The notes beneath the pieces were generated by a model. That model saw only the letters and a program-made list of their open reading frames with translations, had not been told where the DNA came from and made no database searches. The translations under genes and the position numbers were made by a program. 64,000 bases of DNA. It comes from Chrysemys picta bellii (lineage: Eukaryota). Location of the stretch: NCBI RefSeq assembly GCF_011386835.1, contig NC_088810.1, positions 7,564,001-7,628,000 of the forward strand, given 5' to 3'. How positions within the stretch are numbered: position 1 is the first letter of the stretch; each line of letters starts with the position of its first letter. This document shows, in pieces, positions 1 to 11,223 of this stretch.

Positions 1-733
1 AAGCTTAATATGAGTAGCAGTCTCTCACCCTAAGAGATGATACAAGCAGGCTGCAGATTCTTAAGGGGAAGATGCACTTGCTTTACAGCTTGGAATCCCC
101 AGGTGTTTCATTCACAGGCTAAAAATCCCTTTAGCCTGGGTCCAGCACTTCCCCCAGTTCAGTCTTTGTTCCTCAGATGTTTTCAGGAGTCTTTTTGTGT
201 GGGGAGTGAAGAACCCCAGATGTCACTCCCTGCTTTATATAGCTTTTGCATAGGGCGGGAACCCTTTGTTCCCAAAGCTTGGTTCCCATGCCCGGTCAAT
301 GGAAAAACAGTGTCATCCCAAAATGGAGTCTAGAGACATGCCATCACATCCCATGGCCTTGTAGAGTCATAGCAGCCATGACTCAGAGGCTGTTTGTAAT
401 GTTCTCCCCAGGTGGGAGATAAGCTTCTCCTAAGGCCTATTGTTTTTTCCTCATTGCCCTGAACAGGCCCTTCCCCACCCACTATCTAGACTGAAAACAT
501 CTTGTCTGGTGGGCGTTACCCAGGTGTAACTAAATTTGAAATACAGATACATGATTCAGAGTCATAACTTCAGATACAAAAATGATACATGCATACAAAT
601 AGGACATTCATATTCAACAAATCATAACTTTTCCAATGACACTTCGCATGACTCATCTTGCATAAAATACATTATAATTATGTCGTAATCATATCATAAT
701 ATCACTGCGAGAAATATGGGCCGCAGTGCCACA
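1..733. mobile_element. 3' part of a solo LTR, same family as 11233..12416
   Basis: Ends in LTR-type terminus ...CAGTGCCACA at 733. Colinear with 11650..12416, which ends ...CAGTGTCACA. Confidence 0.75.
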
Positions 734-2215
734 CCGAGGACGGCATCTTCTGTCCTTCCCTGCACCTCCCGAGAGGGCCGTAGGCCTTCCGTAGACACCA
801 TCATGCAGCAGGGCTTGGAGTCGGTGCCCAACTTCCACAAGGCTTTGGCCTACTTGAGCTTCAGAGTCATTGACCAAACTTGCACAGGGGTTTGGCCGAC
901 CATGGTGTCACTGGCCTTCCTTTGCTGCTGCTGGGCCATGAGCAGGACTGGATTTACGATGGTATCAATGGTGCCGGGCCCACCCTCAGAAAGAGCCCTG
1001 GCGCCTGTGCCCCCCTGCTGCACCCCGAGGCCCCACCCCCACTCGGCCTCTTCCCCCCAAACCCCTGCTCACTGTGTGCTCCTCTCCACCCCCTCCCCCA
1101 CTCCTCACTCCCTGCTCGCTCCACTCCATCCCCTGTGCCCCATGCGAGCGACAGGCGGGGCCTCGAGGGCAAGAGGCTGAGCAGGGGCGGGGCTTTGGGG
1201 CAGAACGAGACCAGGTGCTGGGGTCTAGAAAAGATTAATCTGGCCCTGGCCACGAGCGGTTGGCCAAGCACCTCCCAAACTTCAGCCTACTTCAGCTTTG
1301 CAGTGGGAGGCCCAACTTCTGCAAGAATCCCTCTCAGTGTCAGGGTCGCCATAGCGTCAAGGGCCTTCCTTTGCCGCTGCTGGTTCACAAGTGAAACATA
1401 CACCGATTTCAGCTGGAGGGTCCCTCCGGCGCCCTGCACCCACTCTGGGTCTTTTCTTCTCCATGGTTGGGCCCACGGGCAAACAAGCTACTATGGGCTG
1501 TAACTGCAAGGGGGGAACCAAGTGGGGGTTGCTTGAGGGAGGGCAAACAGTCTGAGCTGAGCTTGTCCCATTTCAGGGAAACCATTTAGTGGCAGATGAA
1601 CAAGGACCAGGCTCTGTGAGGGGCCTGTGAGCCCCGAGTTTGCCCTTGTTGAGCTATGGAGAGCTCCTCCTCCTTGGCCACTAGTAGTAGTGTGTGTTGG
1701 CCTCTGTGGAAATGTAGTTACCACCTCGGTGGGACTGGAACGCAAGAGGCTGCAGCCCAGCACCCTACCGCTTGAGCTAAAGGAGCAGTGCCGTGTGTTG
1801 GCGGCAGTAGTAAGGCTGTTATCTGCCATGTGGACGGGAAGGATTTGGACTCTGGACCTTCACCATCAACGCGCGGCCCTCTATGCCAGTGGAAGGGCCG
1901 GCGCCACTTGGTAGCAGCAGTGGGAACAGGCTGTTATTAATTAGGATTTGAACGCAGGACTTCCAGCACCACAGTGAAAGGCTCACGTGATCTAAAGGCA
2001 GAGTGCCTTTTGCAGCGGTAGTAGGGCTGTTATCCTGCAGGTGGGTGGAGGATGGGAGATTAGCAGGCACACGTACAATGGACACTGGTCCTTGTGGGTC
2101 CGGATGTAGAGCTGAGATCTCCCTCTCGCAAGGTCCTGCACATCCTCCCTTCGCTGGTGAATCTGGCACCCCCCAGGGGCAGTGGCTTTAGCTATGTATT
2201 AAACAAAGTTATTGA
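734..2215 (+). other. FFAR2-paralog 3' flank / probable 3'UTR module (copy 0; its gene would lie before position 1)
   Basis: Colinear with 15353..17620 (+), 21250..22720 (-) and 51754..53220 (-), each downstream of an FFAR2-like stop codon. Ends in ATTAAA (~2198) followed by T-rich sequence. Confidence 0.65.
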
Positions 2216-2605
2216 TTTATTACCCAACTGAGATTATATTCTTATTCTTCAGGTCTAGTGGAGTGGGGTCTATGGGTTAGAGTCGGAGGCGCTGGGGACC
2301 TGGGTTCTATCCATGGGAGGGGACCATGGCTAGGAAGTAGGACACACACACATTGTCGCTGGCGACTTTTAATTAACTGCAGGGCATGAATCTAGCACCG
2401 CAGGTGAGCAAATAGTGTCTCTGTGGCGCCGATATTAACCAGGGGTTAATGGATAACTGGGCTGGGCAGGGCCTGGGGCAGCTTGGTGATCTCGCATGGA
2501 CATCTGGAGGAACCACTGGCTTCGAGGCCATGGGACACCCCTTCCCTGGGGCTTCCGCAGAGCAGGAGCCCACTCACACAGCCCCCTGTACACACAAACT
2601 GTAAG

Positions 2606-3265
2606 TGTAACCGTAACAAAGCAGCCTTTGGCGGGACAAATTGCTTAGAGCAGGGCAGTCACCGCCCAAGGCTGGGGGTCCTTTGCACACCAAGGCAAAC
2701 CAAACCAGCCAAACAGAGAAGACTTGGGTTTTACCCCACTGGCTAACCAGAAGTCACACAAGCAATTCCCTCAGACACTCCAATTTCCCAGTATCACCAC
2801 CAGTGCCGCTCCTTATGGGGATGACTGGTTATGAAAACCAACACCCCAGTAAAAGAGAAAAGGTTCTCCTGACCCCAGAGGACCAAGCTCCAGACCCAGG
2901 TCAATATATAAGTCAAATCTTACCTACAAATCACACTGTTGCCAAGCCTTTAGAATCTAAAATCTAAAGGTTTATTCATAAAAAGAAAGAAATATAGATG
3001 AGAGTTAAAATTGGTTAAATGGAATCAATTACGTACAAAGTAACAGCAAAGTTCTTGGTTCCGGCTCGTAGCAGTGATGGAATAAACTGCTGGCTTAAGT
3101 TAAGTCTCTGGAGTACGTCCCCAGCTGGGATGGGTCCTCAGTCTTTTGTTCAGAGCTTCAGTTTGTAGCAAAGTCCCTCCAGAGGTAAGAAGCAGGATTG
3201 AGGACAAAATGGAGAAGATGCAGCTGCCTTTGAGAGTCTCTTGCCATGCGGCCTTTCTTTCTTTG
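2606..3265. mobile_element. Truncated LTR-like element
   Basis: Starts TGTAAC at the point where the paralogous flank (~18045) continues uninterrupted. No matching CA terminus; ends at a rearrangement junction. Confidence 0.55.
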
Positions 3266-3910
3266 TTTCAAGCATTATAGGCTGTGTCAAGTGGGTGGGT
3301 CAGAAAGTCTATGACTTTGTCCTCCACCCCCACTGCAAGGAGCTCGGGGGAGGGGACTGGGACTTGTATGCAGCATCTGCCCCCCTCCCCCCCCCCCGAT
3401 ACACACACACATTGCACTGGGCTCACCCCATCCCCCCACAGCTCTGCCGATGCTCCCATGTAAGCGAACGATGGGAAGCTCGCTCTGGGCCAGCCCAGGA
3501 ATCACCCCGACACGGAAGCCAACGTCTATCAGTCTTGCTATCGGCCCTTAGCCTGCCAGATGGCCCTGGAGATTCAGGGCTTATGTGCCGAAGCACAGGG
3601 TAGAAATCCCCAGCTGCAGACGCAGGCAGATTGTAGCCGATTAACCATGGGGCCAGCCAGCATCGTGGCCAGCCATGACTGCTGGGGAGAGCCCCCATCC
3701 TCCCCCTGTAGAACAGCACCCCATAGCACCATCAGGGTCATCGGGGCCAGCCCTGGATGCAGGAGGAGATCCCCCACCCCGCCCCTGCAGGACAGGCCCC
3801 CCTGGGGTCAGCAGTGAGTTCACCCCACTGAGCGCACACACTGTTCCATACTGCTCTTGGAGCTCATGGTGTGCGAACGTCCCATGGGTGCGTTAGTGTG
3901 GTGAGATTTT

Positions 3911-4201
3911 GTATGTCTACACTACCCGCCGGATCGGCGGGCAGCGATCGATCCAGCGGGGATCGATTTATCGTGTCTAGACTAGACGCGATAAATCGAC
4001 CCCCATGCCCTCTCCCATCGACTCCTGTACTCCAGCGCCGTGAGAGGCACAAGCAGAGTCGACGGGGGAGCGGCGGCAGTCGACTCACCGCGGTGAAGAC
4101 ACCACGGTAAATCGATCTAAGTACGTTGACTTCAGCTCCGTGATTCACGGAGCTGAAGTTGCGTAACTTAGATCGATCCCTGCCCCAGTGTAGACCAGGG
4201 C
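3911..4201. mobile_element. PIF/Harbinger-type non-autonomous MITE
   Basis: Termini GTATGTCTACACTA...AGTGTAGACCAGGGC followed by TAA; internal palindromes. Confidence 0.7.
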
Positions 4202-4204
4202 TAA

Positions 4205-4660
4205 GATGTGGGTTGTCACAGATGCAGTCAATCTGTCTTCTATAACTTGAACATCTAGAAATGAATCTACTGGCCTACCCCTGACATCAAGATAACGTAC
4301 ACAATGACTTAATACTTGATTCCCATTTGCATCGGTGCATTCATCAGCCATGTATGCAAATTTTTTGAATGTGGTGAGAGAGTTCTTCACTTTTTCAAGT
4401 GTTGAGTCTTTCACTGTGGCACCACATACTTCTAGCCAGTCAGCTGAGTTTCTTGCAGAAAGATAGTGAGCATTTGCTGGTCTTGTTTGGAACCAGTGTT
4501 CAACTTCAGGATGAACAAGTGACAATGCACTGAACATTGGCCTCCAGTTTGTAGTGTGTGGTATCTCTGGCTTAAATAGAAAGTAGGATGCCACGGCCAT
4601 GTTTGTTTGCATGAACTGTGTTGTGTCTCCAGCATTCTTAACAGTCTCATTAACACGCAC
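4205..4660 (-). mobile_element. hAT transposase remnant (DUF4371/ZMYM-like region)
   Basis: ORF 4145..4660 contains FAYMADECTD...LSHCVRY...DSFL, the first catalytic-Asp motif of hAT transposases. Truncated by the MITE. Confidence 0.8.
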
Positions 4661-5159
4661 CGGTGTTGTCCTTGGTCAGTGGAGACTCAGAGTTCAGAGG
4701 TGCTTTCACATGAGTTCACCTCCCAGGTGGGGGGCAAGAAGGCACCTTGCTCGTTCCTCCAGCTGCTCACTGTTCGCTCCGGCCACAGCTGTTCGTTGTG
4801 CCACCGTTCACTCCATTGCTCTGTTGCCAATGGCCCTGCGCCGTCACCTTCTGCTGCCACTGTGACCTCTGTGAGTTGGTCTCTTGAGGTTCCACCAGCT
4901 CTCAGTGATTTCAGCTGAGCTCTCAGTGGGGGAACCTCGCTGCTAGTGCAGGCTGGGCCGTATCTTCCACAGAAACACTGTCCCCACAGCAAATCTAAGC
5001 ACTTAGACCTGATTATCAGTGAGTTCAGCTGTAGTGGTCACTTAACAAAATAAAAGACTATCTATGGAGCCTAACCAGCTCTGTCTATAAACAGTGGAGA
5101 GGGGCAGGTCAAATAGTACTTGTGACTCAGGCAGACCATCAAGTAAAACACCTGTCCCC

Positions 5160-5162
<3 letters not shown>

Positions 5163-5209
<47 letters not shown>
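5163..5209. repeat. (CT)n microsatellite
   Basis: Direct reading. Confidence 0.95.
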
Positions 5210-5215
<6 letters not shown>

Positions 5216-5995
5216 CTCAATCAGCACAGGCTACATACAGTTCTACTGCCCTTTACTCATACAATAAGAATAAAAACATTTCATTCCCAACCCCCCACAT
5301 TCAAGTGATTTGTAACCCAACCGCAGCCAAAATCTATCACTTGGGCAACACAGCTCTGTTTGCTGGATACCTAGGTAGATCAGGTGTGAATGTAAACACA
5401 ATCTGGTCCTGAAGCCTTTCCCTCCAGCCCCAGCTCATCACTAGCTGTCAGGGAGAGCTCATTTAGACTTTGCTGACAAATCATCATCTGAAATGATTAG
5501 GTTGGCCAACATCACCGACATGCATGCCCTGACATTGTCATAAAAAACAACAGCTGTAGAAGGAAGCTAGTCTGTGTTCATACTTTTCAAATCTATGATA
5601 CTTTTTCAGATACACGTATTTTATCATACACTTTACATGCTTTTAAAGTGTGTATTAATATTTCAATTTCAATTCAAATTTCCAAACAATCACTAAATTG
5701 GCAACACTGCATGTAACTAGTTCACAAAACTGGGTGGGGGGGGGTTGAGGAAATTCAGGGGGCGTATAGGGAAATCCCTGAATCCAGCGCAGCCTCTCTT
5801 CCAGTGCTCTGTGGTTGAACCACTAGATCCCACTCCCCTCCCACAACAGGGGAGACAACCCAGAAGTGCTGGCTCATTGCTCCCCTGCTTTATCCACTAC
5901 ACCCTCCACCTCTGCTTGAGCCAGGAATAGAACCCAGGAATCCTTGCCCACCGCAGGGTGCAATAGGCGAGTGCAGGGGACACCACACTCGCTCG

Positions 5996-6676
5996 AAAAG
6001 GACCTAGGGGTCACAGTGGACGAGAACCTGGATATGAGTCAACAGTGTGCCCTTGTTGCCAAGAAGGCTAACGGCATTTTGGGCTGTATAAGTAGGGACA
6101 TTGCTAGCAGATCGAGGAACGTGATTGTTCCCCTTTATTCGACATTGGTGAGGCCTCATCTGGAGTACTGTGTCCAGTTTTGGGCCCCACACTACAAGAA
6201 GGATGTGGAAAAATTGGAAAGAGTCCAGCGGAGGGCAACAAAATGATTAGGGGTCTGGAGCACATGACTTATGAGGAGTGGCTGAGGGAACTGGGATTGT
6301 TTAGCCTCCAGAAGAGAAGAATGAGGGGGGATTTGATAGCTGCTTTCAACTACCTGAAAGGGGGGGTTCCAAAGAGGATGGAGCTTGGCTGTTCTCAGTG
6401 GTGGCAGATGACAGAACAAGGAGCAATGGTCTCAAGTTGCAGTGGGGGAGGTCTAGGTTGGATATTAGGAAAAACTTTTTCACTAGGAGGGTGGTGAAGC
6501 ACTGGAATGCGTTACCTAGGGAGGTGGTGGAGTCTCCTTCTTTGGAGGTTTTTAAGGCCCAGCTTGACAAAGCCCTGGCTGGGATGATTTAGTTGGGAAT
6601 TGGTCCTGCTTTGAGCAGGGGGTTGGACTAGATGACCTCCTGAGGTCCCTTCCAACCCTGATGATTCTATGATTCG
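5996..6676 (+). mobile_element. CR1 LINE, 5'-truncated 3' end
   Basis: RT C-terminal peptides (EKDLGVTVD...[13 protein letters not shown]; [12 protein letters not shown]-like) and an ATTCTATGATTC tail. The paralogous site near 29790 is empty. Confidence 0.92.
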
Positions 6677-6778
6677 AGGACATGCTGGTTCACACCTCGC
6701 ACGAGGAAGTAACGATTGTATCTCTCATCCATTCTGCATGGATTTCTGAGGAGAGGGACCGGTGGGGTTTCCTGGGGC

Positions 6779-7434
6779 TGTGACAGACCCAGACCAGTGG
6801 GATACAGGAGTCTGGTAGAGGGCAAATATACTGGTCACTGGATGAGTAGTTTTCTGTTCCCTGAGTGACCAGAGCAGGGGCTGCACTAGAGTAATCAGGA
6901 ACCTGCTAGAACCAGTTAAGGCAGGCAGGCTAATTAGGACACCTGGAGCCAATTAAGAAGAAGCTGCTAGAATCAATTAAGGCAGGCTAATCAGGGCACC
7001 TGGGTTTTAAAAGGAGCTCACTTCAGTTTGTGGTGCGAGTGTGAGGAGCTGGGAGCAAGAGGTGCAAGGAGCAGAGAGTGTGCTGCTGGAGGACTGAGGA
7101 GCACAATTATCAGACACCAGGAGAAAGGTCCTGTGGCGAGAATAAGGAAGGGGTTTGGAGGAGGCCATGGGGAAGTAGCCCAGGGAGTTGTAGCTGTCAT
7201 GCAGCTGTTACAGGAGGCACTATAGACAGCTGTAGTCCACAGGGCCCTGGGCTGGAACCTGGAGTAGAGGGTGGGCCTAGGTTCCCCCCAAACCTCCCAA
7301 TTGACCTGGACTGTGGGTTCTTCCAGAGCGGAAGGTCTCTGGGCTGCTCCCCAACCGACATGGTGAATCTCTGAGGCAAGAAAATCTGCCAATAAGCGCA
7401 GGACCCACCAAGATAGAGGAGGAACTTTGTCACA
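6779..7434. mobile_element. Solo LTR
   Basis: TGTGACA...TGTCACA termini; imperfect flanking duplication GGGGC/GGCGC. Absent at the paralogous site (~29690). Confidence 0.8.
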
Positions 7435-7845
7435 GGCGCAGCCACAGACACAACATAACCAGCTGCCTGGGGTACAGAAAACTCACTCCCCAGCCAGGAC
7501 GCAGGAGACCAGCCACCAGCTCTTCCCTGACACATCGCCTGGGGTGGCTCCAACCCTGGACACCTGGGTTCCAGCCCTTCTGCGGGCTCCCAGCACACTG
7601 GCTGCTGGAGAAGAGGTGAGGATGGGCTCTCTAGCTGCCTGGATCAGCGCTCATCTGGAGTAGAGTGGGGACTAGTGGTTAGGACGGGGGGCTGGGAGCC
7701 AGGACTCCTGGGTTCTATCAGTGGCTCTGGAAGGGAGCAGAGCAGGACTGGAGAGCTGGATTCCTTTCCCAGCCCTGGGAGGTGAGTGGGGTCTGCTGGT
7801 TAAAGCTACGGGTCAGGACTCCTGGGTTCTGGTTCCAGCCCTTAT

Positions 7846-9262
7846 TAGAGTGACTGTATTTCCCATGCTGAATATGGGACACCTGGTAAAATTACTCATA
7901 TTCAAGCAAGTTCAACGGTAATCAAATTTTCAATTTAACATCAAGTTGACTGAGCCCCTGTTAAAAAGAAATACTGGGTAGTTGGATTCTTTTTATTTAC
8001 CTTCTTATCTTTAAGGCTTTAGGGTTCACAGAGGGGAGGGGTGACACCACTACCACCCCCGCACCCTCCTGACACATGGGGAGAGGTGACACACACACAC
8101 ACACACACTCCCGTACTCCTCTCTCACACAGTGGGGGTGACCGACCGACCCGACCCTCCCTGCCCGTCGCTCTCCGCCCTCCATGCATGGCTGGGCCCCG
8201 GGATGGACCTGCCTCTCCTGGTACCTGGCACCACGTCTTCCCAGCGCAACGTCACATGCACACCCCCCCCCAGATTTCTGCCAGGGTTCACACCAGAATG
8301 TGGCCAGCAGGGGGTTGCGGGGGGGGGGGGAAGGGATGACCTGGTCCACATCTTTGCAGAGCTCATCTCTTCCCCGGTCCCCACCGCTCCCATGTGACTG
8401 GAAGCAGCTTGTCCCTTCCTGCCCGCACAGTGTCAAAGGGCAGCTGACACCTCCAGGCTGCTGACCACCAATATAACCCAGCCGCCTCTTGGTCCCTGGC
8501 CACAGCGCGGGCGGGAAGGGGTTAAGCCCTAAGGCTGCACCAGGGCCCAGGGAACCTGACTGCAGGGGCTTCAGCGAACCGGGCCAGAGAGGTGGCTCAG
8601 CAGGGGAGGGTTCCTAGGGGACGAAGCAGCCCTGTGCTCCCTGGGGGCAGGACCCAGTGGGGGTGGGGGCAAAGAGGGTGCTAAGCCTGGGGGCTGCTGT
8701 GGAACCTGCAGGTTCAGGGAATGAACAGACTAGAAATCGCTTCTCCCCCCCTCCTTCCACTCCGGAGCTTAGCTGAGGGGCAGAGAGGTTCCCCATGTGC
8801 CAGCGCTGTGCGGGGCTTTGACACACGCAGTGCTCGGCTCCTCCTAGCCAGCGCCCTGGGCCAGAGGGTCTTGGGCTTTCCCCGGGCGCCGGCCCAGCCA
8901 CAGGCAGTGGGGGAAGGAAGGAGCCTGCCAGCCAGACCGTTGGTGAGCTGAGCGCCCCGACCAGGGGCTGGTTCTCTGCACAGCACTGGGAGCGTGACGT
9001 GACCTGGTGGGGGGATATGGAGGAGCAGCGGGGTTGGGGGGATGAAGGGGCAAAGCAGGGAGAGGACAGCGAGAGGGGAAGCCGCTGGTGGGCAAGTGGG
9101 TGGTGAGCAGGGATGCGGCCAGCAGCGGGACCCACCAATACTGATGGGGGAAGACAGAAAATACGGGACAATTTGCCCATTTTTAAGAAAAAATCAGGAC
9201 ACAAGCAGGAGGGCTTAAACACGGGATGCTCCCTTTAAAAACGGAACGTCTGGTCACCCCTA
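7846..9262. mobile_element. hAT (Tip100/Zaphod-like termini) non-autonomous element
   Basis: TIRs TAGAGTGACTGT / TCTGGTCACCCCTA; 8-bp flanks GCCCTTAT/GCCCTGAC. The paralogous site (~29250) is empty. Confidence 0.7.
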
Positions 9263-10809
9263 GCCCTGACCGTTATGCGTTTTTGCCTTTACCAGTCATG
9301 CCCAGGCCTCTGTGCAAAATTTAATTTTGTTTTTGGAAAATTAAAAAACAAACAAGCAACAAAGTAAAAGGGAGATTGCTGGCTCAGCGGACCCCGGGGT
9401 TCTAGCCCCAGTGTGGGAGAGGAGTGGGGTATAGTGGTTAGAGCAGTGGGGGCTGGGAGTCAGGACACCTGGGTTCAAGCCCCAGCTCTGACCGGGAGGG
9501 GAGTCTAGTCGTTAGAGTAGGGAGCAATGAGCCAGGGCTCCTGGGTTCTATCCCAGATTGGGGGGAGTGCTGTCTAATGGTTAGAGCAGGGGGCTGGGGG
9601 GAGCCAGGACACCTGGGTTCTTCCCCCAGCATGGCCATCTCCTCTCCCTGCTCTGACTCTCTGTTCTTCCACCGGTAAAATGAGGGTGAAGATTGATGAC
9701 CTACTTTTGCAACGTTCTTGCCCTTCACCGGGCAATCAGGGCTGAGCGAAGCCTGCCAGGGGGCTGGGGAGATGGAAATTTGTCTAGCTCAGCTGAGTGA
9801 GGGCATGATGGAGACAGGGAGAGGGGAACCCCGAGACAGGAGAACACAACAGTCCACGTACGGGGGCACCCAGCACTGGGATGGGGAGGTGCCAGTCAGG
9901 ATGTGCGGCATGGTCATTAAATCCCCCACAGAATGGGTCCCCCACTCGGACAAAGAGACTCGAGAGGACGATTCCTTCCCCTCCCTCCCCCGGCAGCAGC
10001 TCCATTACCAAGGGTTCTGGGAACGGAACCTTCAGGTCCCGTCCGGTCGCGGTTCCATGTCCTGCCACCACATCTCAGCAGCGAGACAAGCTGGGAGGGG
10101 ATGTGGGTTTCCCTCCATTAAGGAGAGCGGAGGAACTGACTGTTTCTAACTGCAGGAGGGCATGACTCTTGGAGAGAGGTGCTGGCTGGCGCATACACCC
10201 AGCCCTGTTCCTAGAACCCAGGAGTCCTGGCTCCCAGCCCCCTGCACTGATCACTAGACCGCACTCCCCACCCAGAGCCAGGGATAGAACCCAGGAGTCC
10301 TGGCTCCCAGCTCCCCACCCCCAACCCACTAGACCGCCCCCCGGCAATTGGTAGGGGAGCGAGGGACTGGTTGGACTCGGACAGTGGTTTATTTTATGGA
10401 AGAGGCTTATTAACTTTGCTTTAATGAGGCTATTTAATGATCAATCCCCACAGCTAGGATGCGGGAATAGAGCTACATGTACCCCAGGGAAGGAGGGGCC
10501 CATCGCAGCTTGGCATGAGGGCACCCACAGCCTGTCTGGGAATGGCTCAGTGGGTAGTGGGGGGAGCCAGGACTCCTGGGTTCTTTCCCTAGCTCTGGGA
10601 GGGGAGTGGGGTCTAGTGGGATGAGTGGAGCCGAAAGGCCAAGAATCCTGGGTTGTATTTCCTAGTTCTGTGCATTGACTCCTTAGCCCTTATTTTAACC
10701 AAAAAAATCACCCCTGAGAACCAGGGATAGAACCCAGAAGTCCTGGCTCCCAGTCCCCCCCCCCCCCCCCGCCACTCTGACCACTAGACTCCATTTCCTT
10801 CCACCTTTG

Positions 10810-11095
10810 ATATTATTTATGAAAATTTCCCTCTGAGTAACAACCGCTTCCATGTTGTGCGAGCTGCCCACTTGGCCCCCACCACCACAGCCATTCCCTG
10901 TGTGTTTGCTTACACGATCTCATGCATCCCAGGCCCTCCAATCTCTCTGGCACTGCCCAGCCCCCATCTGCGCCTGCCCCGGGCTAAACAGGAAACCGAG
11001 TAAAATAAATACGGGAGCCAGCTACATAAATTCCAGACATATGTCTAGTGTCAGCTAATGGAAGGGGAGCCCTGAGCTTCCTCGCATGGCTACGG
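10810..11095 (+). promoter_or_regulatory. Predicted promoter and exon 1 of FFAR2-like a
   Basis: Non-TE block conserved with 25286..25590 (-) and 56812..57110 (-). CATAAAT box at ~11024, ACAGGAAAC ETS-like site, splice donor CGG|GTAAGG at 11095/11096. Confidence 0.6.
11086..11095 (+). CDS. Predicted 10-nt first coding exon of FFAR2-like a (MAT-G)
   Basis: ATGGCTACGG|GTAAG spliced to TAG|GAGTTGAGAGGATG (13716) is in frame and gives MATGVERMTLN... Confidence 0.55.
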
Positions 11096-11223
11096 GTAAG
11101 GAGGGTTGTAAGCCAGGACCCCTGGGTTCTATCCACATGTTTGGGAGGGGAGTGGGATCTAGTGGGTTAGGGCAGGGGGGCTGGAGCCAGTACTCCTGGG
11201 GTCTAGCCCCAGGCCTGGCAGGG

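Noticed and set aside
716-2191. ORFs in the 3' module as a novel gene or viral insert
   Set aside because: Stops and frameshifts differ among the four copies, and I recognised no domain in any frame.
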